Below, in pieces: positions 53,791-64,000 of a stretch of DNA of 64,000 bases. Location of the stretch: contig NW_003314265.1 of the NCBI RefSeq assembly GCF_000143415.4, forward strand, positions 1,047,864 to 1,111,863, written 5' to 3'. The translations under genes and the position numbers were made by a program. Numbering within the stretch: the stretch's first letter is position 1; every line of letters begins with the position of its first letter. Below the pieces are notes generated by a model. The model worked only from the letters and a program-made list of their open reading frames with translations. It searched no databases and was not told the DNA's origin. Source of the stretch: Selaginella moellendorffii (Eukaryota > Plantae > Lycopodiophyta).

Positions 53791-56700
53791 GCACTTCCCT
53801 CCTCATCTCACATTCACCCCGTTTTTCACTCCTCTCTCCTTGAGCCTTATATTCCCAGTCCTATTCCAAATCGGGTCATTCCTCCACCTCCACTCGTGCA
53901 GCTCAAGGATGGGTCTGAGTACAAGGTTCAAGACATCCTTGATTCCAAGATCTCACGATCTAAACTCTACTATCTGGTAGACTGGAAGGGTTACAGACTT
54001 GAGGAACACACTTGGGAACCTATGGACAACCTGATTCATTCTCCTGACCTTGTTCAAGACTTCCATTGCTGCTATCCTTCTCGTCACAGTCCTCATTTTT
54101 TTTCTCCATCTCCCGTCCCTCGGCGCGCCGCCGTTTTCTCATCCCAAACTCAGGAATCCCAACTTGAGTCTTTGGGGCATACTCTTGAACCTACTACTCT
54201 GGTCCCGATGGATATTTTTGGTACTCCCCGACTCATCAGAGGGGAATATCTCATAATCTTTGCCTCTACTATGCTGATCCTAATCATAAAGCAACTGTGT
54301 GTCCCAAGAAGCCTCCCCGATTGCTCGAGTTCACTCTGCCTGAAGGTCCACCTCTATTGCAGTCAGGAAACGACCTTGTCTAAACAGAGTAGGAGCTGCC
54401 TATTTGGACTCCCTAAATAAAAATCACTTTTCTTCTTTATCAAGCTCCTCACCACCTTTCATTAAAGCCACCACCAATTCCCACAACTTCTACATCGCAT
54501 GTCTCCTTTCTTTCACTGGACAATCAAGACTCAAGGCTCTGGTGCTACTGGACTTGAGTGCAACTTCCTGCTTCATGGACACGGACTTTGCTGCCCGACA
54601 TCACGTTCCTCTTTCTCCTACCATACGGGATCTGAGGGTTGAAGGTATCGGCAGCCATTTTGTGTCTCCATCTTTTGGACTTAGGGAAACGTTGCCCGTT
54701 CGAGTACACATTGGATCCATTGTCACCGATATCACCTTCAACATCATCAACAGTAAGTCCTCCTCTGTGTGCTCGGCCTTCCTTGGTTCCAACTACACTA
54801 GCCTCAGAAACTGGAGCGCCTGTCTTCTTTGTCAAGAAGAAGGATGGGAGTTTGCGGCTAGTCATCGACTACCGAGGTTTGAACAAGGTGACTATTCGGA
54901 ACCGTTATCCATTGTCCCTGCTCTCAAACCTATTGGAATGCCTCGGTGGTGCCCGCTTCTTCACCAAGATCGACCTCCGTAGAGCATACAACCTGATCCG
55001 GATCCGGCCTGGCGATGAATAGAAGACTACATTCCGAACCCGCTATGGCCACTTCGAGTACACTGTCATGCCATTTGGCTTGACAAATGCTCTAGCAGTT
55101 TTCCAACACATGGCAAACAACGTCTTTTGGGAGTTTCTTGATCAGATAGTGATCGTCTACCTCGACGATATCCTCATCTACTCAAAAACTCATGAGGAGC
55201 ACGATGAGCATGTGCGCAAGGTACTGGCGAAGATGCAGGAACACGGCATATATGCGAAGCTAGAGAAATGTTCCTTTGATTAGGAGTCTGTGGAGTTCCT
55301 TGGGTACATTGTCACTCCTGAGGGTATCACGATGGATCCTGCCAAAGTCAAGACAATTCTCCAATGGGAGCCTCCATAATCAATGTCGGACGTTCAAGTT
55401 TTCCTTGGCTTCACCAATTTCTACCGCAAATTCATTGATCACTACTCTAACATTGTCTTTCCTCTCACAGATCTCACTTGCAAGGATGTTCCCTTCTCTT
55501 GGTCTGTTGCTGCTCAGCAGGCCTTCAATACACTCAAGGTAGCCTTCAGTTCTACTTCCGTCTTGATCCACATTGATCTTTCACAACCTTTCTTCATTGA
55601 GGCTGATGCCTTTGACTTTACCATCAGTGTTGTGTTGTCTCAACTCGGAGCAGATCAAGAATTTCATCCGACGCTTTCCATTCTCAGAAATTCCAGCCTG
55701 TAGAGATCAATTACGAAATCCACAACAAGGAGCTCCTTGCCATCATGGATTCCTTTGGAGAGTGGCATTGTTTCTTGGAGGGGGTGAGCCATCAAAAATC
55801 GGTTTGGACGGACCACAAAAATCTCAAGTACTTTGCCACTTCCCGAGTTTTGAGCCGTTGTTAGGCAAGGTGGGCACAATTCCTAAGTCGGTTTGACTTT
55901 GTTATCAAGTACAGACCTGAAAAGCTTCAAGGCCTTCCTGATGCTCTTTCAAGGCACTCCTATCTCAATCTCAGGCTTGGTAATCCTGCCTTCTATCAAC
56001 AGGATCAGGTTATCCTCGGTCCTGATCGGCTTCAAGTTATGGCAATTTCCTTGGCCCCTCAGGATTCGTCCTTGATGGATGCGATCAGAAACAATCTTCA
56101 ATCCAATGACCTCGCCAGTGACATTTTTCCCCATCTTCAGGCTGGACACCCAGTGACTCCCGACTGCTGGCGATTTGATGACTTCAAGTTCTTAAATGGC
56201 TTGTTGTACTGTGGGGAGCAGCTTTATGTTCCTGAAGGTGATGCTCGAAGGTTGGTCCTGATGGCGTGCCATGATAGCCCGACTATTGGTCACTTCGGCA
56301 TTGCGAAAACCTATGAGCTGGTTGCACAGGACTTTTGGTGGCCGCACATGGACGACTACATCAAAGCTTTTGTTACCTCCTATGACACTTGCACCCAGAA
56401 TAAGGTATTTCACCACCTTCCTTCAGGTTTGCTTCGTTCCCTCCTGGTCCCTTCAAGTCCTTGGGAATCCATCTCCATGGATTTCTTGAGTGATCTTCTG
56501 AGTTCTAGAGGCTTCAATAGCATTTTAGTCGTGGTAGATTACTTCACAAAGATGGCGCACTTCCTGCCGTATACCAAGGAGTTTTCGGGCAAAGACATGG
56601 CAAAACTGGTATTCAGGGAAATTTTCCAACTTCATAGGATTCCTGCATATGTGGTTTTGGATCGAGGACCTCAGTTCATCTCTCATTTCTGGCAACGGTT

Positions 56701-58018
56701 CTTGCAGCTGCTTGGAGTGAAGGCCAACCTCTCTTTGGCGTATCATCCTCAAACTGATGGACAGTCCGAGTGAATGATTCAGACATTGGAACAATTCCTG
56801 AGGTGCTTCATCAACTATCATTAGGATGATTGGTTCAATATCTTTCCCCTTGCTAAGTTCTCCTACAACAATTCTGTTCACTCCTCCCTTCGAGTTTCCC
56901 CCTTTTTTGCGAACTCTAGCCAAAATCCCCAATTCAATCTCTCACTTCCTTCTCCATCCAAATCCTCTCATTCAAATCCCCGCTCTGAGGCATTTGTCTC
57001 CAACCTCCAAGAAATCCACAACTCCATCTCCTTCCACCTCCATCGTGCTCAAGAATCTCATAAAACATTTGCCAATGTCCATCGTCAGGATTGTCCTCCT
57101 TACAATATCGGGGCTAAAGTCTAGCTCCTCAGGCAAAATATCTCCACCACTAGGCCATGTCCCAAACTCAATTTCAAATGCCTCAGTCCTTTCCCTATCA
57201 CTACCATCATTAATCCTGTCACTTATCGCCTTGCACTTCCCTCCTCATCTCACATTCACCCCATTTTTCACTCCTCTCCTTGAGCCTTATATTCCCAATC
57301 CTATTCTAAATCGGGTCATTCCTCCGCCTCCACCAGTGCAGCTCGAGGATGGGTCTGAGTACGAGGTTCAGGACATCCTTGATTCCAAGATCTCACGGTC
57401 TAAACTCTACTATCTGGTAGACTGAAAGGGTTACGGACCTGAGGAACGCACTTGGGAACCTATGGACAACCTGATTCATTCTCCTGACCTTGTTCAAGAC
57501 TTCCACCGCCGCTATCCTTCTCATCCTAGTCCTTATTCTTTTTCTCCATCTCCCGTCCCTCGCCCCCCATCTCATCCTCCTCTTCGTTCTCATTCACGTC
57601 CTCATTCCACTCATTCTTGAGGAAGGGGTGCTGTCAGGAATCCTCCAATTCTTGCCACATTCCTGAATCTCGTTGGATTCCTGACCTACAAAACACATTC
57701 CTGATTCTCGAGACACTTCCCTATTCTTGACTCTCGAGACACTTACCTATTCCTGACTCTCTTATTTCCCATACGATTCTTAAGTCTTGAGCCATATTCC
57801 TGATGATGACGTGACACCTCCTCAACCTTAGTTATATTTAGGCCGTCCTCGATCCAAGAGTGGTGGAGCTTCATCAACTTATAGTATATATAGGTTAGCC
57901 TTGTTCCATTTCTCCACAATCTGAATCAACGCCAGTCTAAGGCTTTTTCTTCGTTTCCACTAGCTTTTCTCTTTATCTTTTGCATTTTCCAGTCTTGATC
58001 TTGTTTGGGGTCTTTACA
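53791..58018 (+). mobile_element. Tcn1-like chromovirus (Ty3/gypsy) E, decayed: gag tail-PR-RT-RH-INT-chromodomain, PPT and 3' LTR
   Basis: [96 protein letters not shown], and chromodomain YEVQDILDSK..YYLVDWKGY..TWEP. PPT GAGGAAGGGGTGC at 57619-57631. LTR TGTCAGG.. from 57632 to ~58018 (right end inferred from TTTACA). Confidence 0.88.
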
Positions 58019-58139
58019 CGTGGCAACGACTCACAAGATTGCAGTTGATTGCATTGCACAATCAATTAGAGAACTAATATGCAAGAAACACAAGTTGCCT
58101 CTGAAAGCCCCTCTCAGGTAATCTACCACGTTAACATTG

Positions 58140-59780
58140 TACGCCTAACACTGGAATCTAGGAAAATGATCATTGTGCATCCGGCTAGGGAGTTCCTTAA
58201 GGGCTTCAGAGAAGCTGGGTGAAGAATGTGGTGTATTGCTTTCTATACTAGATGTAAACCCCATCTTGCAGTAAATGTGCAAGAAAATGAACGTGAAAGA
58301 GCTTGAGCCACAAGCAATTCCAAATTTCAGCTTTGTTGTTGATTTGTTTGACCTAGATGCTTGAAGCCGTGTACGCTCTTGTAATGCTCTTGACAAAAGG
58401 GTTGGAAAAGCCACGGTCAAAATCACTATGGCAATCAAAAATTTGAGCCAGGACTCGAATTTGAAAGTGTGAAGAAGCTGTCTAGCAGACAAGATCTAGA
58501 AAGCCTACCATTAGCAGCAGAACTTCATTGTATGCACCTTTTCACTCAAATCATATTATCCTGTAGCATCAACAAAATGCTAATAGCAATGGCACTTCAC
58601 ATTACAAGTACTTTATACTTATGCTAAAGTCAAATCTTTAAAAGGTGACCTTTAGAGACATTGACATGGTTACTAAAAGTCCTTGTATCTTTGACATCTC
58701 TTTGTCATAGAGCTTGCAGATCACTAAACTAAGGCTCTTGCTTCTGAATGACTGTGCTCTTACTAGATCCTACTGGATAACTTACAAAAGAAAAACAAAA
58801 TAGCTTAGAAGAAAGTTAAATGAGAAGGCACACATACATCAAAAGTTTGCTTTGGTTCTTGGCCCTGGATATCCATCTCTGGCAATGTTGAGCTCTCCTT
58901 CACCCTGTAGTAGCTCAAAAGAAATCACTTCAAGTAGAATCTGCATCAAGGTATATAAAAAAAAAGTCCTAATGAGAAAGAAAGTTACAAACTACTTCAA
59001 ACCATCTTTGAGTCCATCGACTTTTCAGGGACTTGTCATTGGACGTGCAAGGGTTTTCCACAGCCAACCCTGTAAACTAGATACCAGTCTCCATAGTGAG
59101 AACAATGTTACTTGTTTGTGGAATCATCCTGCCTGGTTAAAGATATCTCGCTTGACATTTTGAACAACTTTCTTTAGACTTGGCTACCTCGTCCAGGGCT
59201 GCCACTGTCAGTAGAGCCTGAAGATGCTCTCACTACGGATTTGTAATAATGAAAATCTTCTCTTTGGGTAGAAGTAGAAGTTTAAGGTGCTGGAAGAGTT
59301 GCTGTCTCACAGGATTCGGGACGACACTGTCCCTACATTTGTATCCTCTAGTTTAATTTTTGAACCTGCAAAGACCCTACGTTTCCAATAGCAAAGTACT
59401 AAATCCAAACTTGAGAAACCAGCTCCACAAACTAACAAAGCCACGATGTTACTCTAGAGCTTCTTATCCTATGAGAGCTTATGTGAATGAAAAGGAAAAA
59501 CAAAAGGAAGAAAGAAAAAAAAAAGGAGGAATGATCACACACCTTGTGCTGGATCTCTCTTCAATCTTCTAACCACGTCCAGTGCCCTGTCCAATCCTTC
59601 AATCTTGTGTAATATAAAGAAGATGAAGACCATTCTTGAAAGACTTACAAAAACAAAATGTCACCTTGTTTTGATGAAGTTTAGGGTTAAGCATTGGCCC
59701 TTGTATCCCTCAGAAATCTCCTATTGCATGATCCATTCAGCTGCTCAAGTGGCAAGACCCAAAAATCCATGCGAGGTAGT
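58140..59780 (-). pseudogene. Possible multi-exon host gene remnant, product unidentified
   Basis: Several short AG..GT-bounded exon-like segments on the minus strand (e.g. GEGELNIARDGYPGPRTKANF, IEGLDRALDVVRRLKRDPAQ), with stops in some. Confidence 0.3.
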
Positions 59781-60150
59781 GGCATTAAACCCAAAAGAAA
59801 GAGATCTAGAAAGAATACAATTGAGCAGGCAGTCAATTACCTAAGAATGCGCAAGTCTAGTACTTGTGCTCACGTTTCTCTCATAAGCCCATTTTAGGCT
59901 CATTTAAATAAAGACTTAATATAGCTTTAGGGCATAAATGGCTTTCAATGGAATAACATTGAGAAGTAAGTAAAAGGTCTTTGATTGTTTCTACTAGTCT
60001 AGATTATCAATTAATAGCCTTCACAAAGCTGTTGATTGAAAGATAGAGAATTAATACTTGCTGAAAGTAGGCTAAAAATAGTCCATTCGGTTCGATTGTT
60101 GAATCTCTTTAAACAATCTTGATCAACTAAACAATCATAGAAAAAACTAA

Positions 60151-63100
60151 TCTGGATGCACCCACCTATCTAGTGGGTGTAAGGACATTAAGGGCAATAA
60201 GGCCATTTAAGTATAAAGGGCAAAATTATGACAAAGAGGAAATTTGAATGGACAGAACTTCTAGATGCAAAATTGTTATCAATTCAAGGATCTGCAAATA
60301 AAAAAGCAAAAGAACTAAAATTCAACCATAATATTGATTTAACTGAGCAACAAATTGTTTCCAGATACTATTATTTATCAAGAAAGAATAAAAATGAGCA
60401 AATAAAAACTATTAATATATCCAAAGAAAAACATGAAGAACGTACTTTACAAAATCCAAAAAATATATATACAACAGAAGAAGACAAATACTTATGGAAA
60501 CTTGGAACTCACAAAAATAAACAAATGAAAAAATAAATATTTTTCGACAAAGAACAGAGAGTACTATATCAGCTGAAAAACTTAAAAGAAGAGTATATTA
60601 TATTAGAAGCAAAGAAAAAAAAACAATAAAAGAGAAAGAATAACAAAAAAAAGAATATGACATGAACAATCCAAAAAGTATGAAAGCACTACAAATGTAT
60701 AATGAAGCTATACAGGATATACCGATACATCCATATAAAATATGTAAAATACTTTGGTTTAAATATAATAAAAAACAAGAATATGCATGCAATCAATGCA
60801 TGACAAATAATGAAATATATAAAAGTCCAGAAACAATTAGAATGAATCAAATTGATCAATATACAAAACAACTAAATGATATTGAAGAGAAAATGATAGC
60901 TCTACGTATTTTATTTGCAAATATAACAATGCCAAATCAACCTCAATATCAGTAGCTCATAAAAGGAGGAATAATAAATGTCCCAACTAATATTAAACCA
61001 ATAATTAATAAACTACCAAGAACATTTGAAGAAACACAAACAATAACAATTCAGCTAAAATGAAGATTAACTGATAAATATTACTATAAATATGGAATAG
61101 CCAAACCACATTCTATTTATAATAGTATAAAAAAATTACAAGAAACCAATTTAAATAACGAAAATAAAATTAATATAGATGAAAACTGGTTTCAACAAGC
61201 ACAAAATTTAGACAATATAGATAATAACACACAAATAATATTAGAAAACGAATTACAACAAGAATTAAATGAAGATGATGAAAGTGTAAATTTTATAGAC
61301 AACTCTAATAATGAAATATTACCAACAGATACTATGGTAATTAGCTTCTTAGATGCAAATCAAATAGATAATTTTACAAATAAAGTTTTAGTTATAGCAT
61401 CTAGTCAAGGACAACACCCATTAGGATTATTTGTAGATGAAAATGCTGAAGAAATGGCATATCCAAAACTATTTGGTGGAAAACCAAGACCCTAAGACAT
61501 AAAAAGTAAATTTACATATCAAGAAATAATCCAATGGGAATTAAGGAATGAGGAAAGAAAATTTGTACGACATATTGAACATATATTTACAGCAGCAGTA
61601 AAAACTGAAATCAAATTTATCAATCAAAATGAAGGTTTTAGATTAAGAAAATTTACTTATGAAGGAAGAAAAATCACATCAAAAGATGTGCTTGTAAATG
61701 GAAATATGGATAAAATATTAAAGTCAAACATAGGTTTTAGAGATTAAAAAATCTAAGAACATCACCAGATAATTTAAAAGCACTAAAAAAAAATGCATTT
61801 GCCATGATAAGACAATTAGGACCACCAACACTATTTTTAACTCTTAGTTGTTCAGAAAGACATTGGGAACCATTAATAAATGCTTTAAAACATTTAAATA
61901 CAGATATATTACAAAAAGAAGAGATAAAAAATTTAAATGAAAAAGAGAAATATATAAAATACTAAGAGCTGATCCAATCACCACAATACGATATTATGCA
62001 CATAAAACATCAGCATTTAGAAAATTATTAATGTCCAATTATCACATATTTGGAAGGAAAGTAAAAGACTATGTATTTGTAACACAATTTCAATAATGTG
62101 GTACACAACATGAACATGCACTAATATGGTTAGAAAATCCACCATAAACATTAGAACAAATAAAAGAATATGCTAATAACAATATATGTACTGATTCAGA
62201 GAAACTACCAGATAATATAAAAGATGTTCAAACTCATAAACATAGAAAAACATGTAAGAAATATATAAACACAAATTGTAGATTCAATTACCCAATTCCT
62301 CCAATGCCACAAACAGAAATCTTAGAGCCTATAAAAGACATTACAAAACATGAAAAGGATTCAAATACAATAATTTACAAAAAAATAAAAACAATACTAG
62401 AAGATAAAACTATAGATCTAAAAAAAATAGAGTTTAATAAATATTTAAAAATAATAGGAATAACATATGAGCAATATAAAGCTACAATAAGATTGACAAT
62501 AACAAATACAAAAAAAATTTATAAACGAAAACCAAAAGACATAAATATAAATACTTTTAATAACAAATTATCAAATTTGTGGCAATCAAATGTAGATATA
62601 AAAATTATTCTTGATCCATATGCAGGAGCATCATATTGTTTATCATACATTGCATGTATTGAAACAGAAATAACAAAGACATTATAAACTGTATTTAAAA
62701 AAAGCCAAGAAGAAGGAACAGAAGAGTTCAGTTATTAGGAAATAGCTTCATACGTGGTAGGGAAATGGCAATTCAAGAAGCATTTTTTTTGTAAAGTTTA
62801 TTGATATTAAACCACAAGAACAATGAACAAAACGTTTAAAAATGAAACAAGACCTTGCAAAAATGCAAGAAGATGAAACAAATATAGCAGTACTTGGACT
62901 AATTGAAAAATACATGCAAAAACCAGAAGAATTAGAAGATTTAACATTAGCAGAGATAACAACTGAATATATAATTGAAAAAGAAGTAACAACACGAAAA
63001 CATAAATATATATATATAATTAGATATATAAACTTTAGTAAAGAAAAAGATCCAGAAAAGTGGGCTTTTGAAAGATTAATCTCACATAAAAAATTTAGAA

Positions 63101-64000
63101 AAGAAGAAGATCTTAAAGAAATGTACACAACATATATGAATGTATATAAAGCAAATATGGAACAAATAAATGAAAAACAACACCAATACATATATAAAAA
63201 AGTAACAAATGAGACTGAATTTGATTGGGAGAATCCAGAACAAGAAGCAAATAAAATATTAAAAGAACAAGCACAGTATATACAAGAAATAAACATAAAC
63301 CAAACAGATGAATTTGATATAGGGAAAAATTTATTCAAAATAAAAAATAACAAAAACTTAATTTTAAATATAAAAGATAAAATATTAACAAATACAACAA
63401 TTATAATACAAGATGAATACCTTATGGAAACTAGTAAATATCACCAATTATTAAGAACTCTTAATAAAAAGCAAAAAATAATACATGATGACTTCATATT
63501 GAAAAAAATAAAACAACCTAACAAACAATTGTGCTTATTTTTAACAGGAGGAGCAGATACTGGAAAATCAATGCTTTTAAATACACTTATAAAAACACTC
63601 AAATGATATTATAAACAAACCAAGATATAAATAATGAACTAGGACAAACAATATTAATAACAGCACCTACAAGAAAAGCAGCTTGTAATATAAATGGTTC
63701 AACAATACATTTAGCTTTTGCATTTCGACCAGAAGCATCAAAACAACGACAAATAATATTAACAAATGACACATTAGATAAACATGAAAGAAAGTTTTCA
63801 ACAAAAAAAAGTTTAATAATAGATGAAATATCAATAGTAAGTATAGAAATGCTACAAGATATAAATAGAAGATGTGAAAGCTTCAAAACAACATATGGAA
63901 TACACTTTGGTGGGATGGATTGTATATTTACAGGTGATTTCTATCAATTAAATCCTACATTTGAAGCACCAATTTATTCAACAAGAACATATAGACCTGA
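60151..64000 (+). mobile_element. Helentron/Helitron2-type rolling-circle transposon, decayed RepHel (runs past the window end)
   Basis: From ATG 60228: a degenerate zinc finger, DUF6570-like GGIINVP..LPR, EEMAYPKLFGG, AMIRQLGPPTLFLTLS, HUH motif HEHALIWL (62109), QTHKHRKTC..CRFNYP, DPYAGASYCLSYI, and Pif1 helicase motifs GGADTGKS, APTRKAA..GSTIH, IIDEIS, FGG..GDFYQL. Many stops and frameshifts. Candidate 5' end at 60151 with a hairpin at 60158-60181. Confidence 0.88.

Overview
Eukaryotic plant DNA, heavily dominated by transposons. The 51-73-nt introns, PLS-type PPR debris, a Tcn1-like chromovirus and a basal Tat element suggest a lycophyte such as Selaginella (inference, not a database result). 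Host genes sit in a small island at about 7.7-13.7 kb: an intronless alpha-crystallin/HSP20-like gene with a duplicated N-terminal presequence, a 5-exon ketopantoate hydroxymethyltransferase (panB/KPHMT) with no evident transit peptide, and PPR pseudogene fragments. A 1.8-kb duplicate of the HSP20 promoter and 5' end runs into a 100-N gap. The rest is mostly retroelements. Two non-coding LARD-like Ty3/gypsy families (A and B, tRNA-Met PBS) and a TRIM are nested inside one old solo LTR (18.2-41.6 kb). They are followed by two truncated Tat elements with an archaeal-type RNase H between protease and RT, a chromovirus gag-PR fragment, a Tcn1-like chromovirus, and a decayed Helentron/Helitron2-type RepHel element with two Myb/SANT-like N-terminal repeats. 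No rRNA, tRNA genes or CRISPR were seen. All boundaries and alignments were read by eye.
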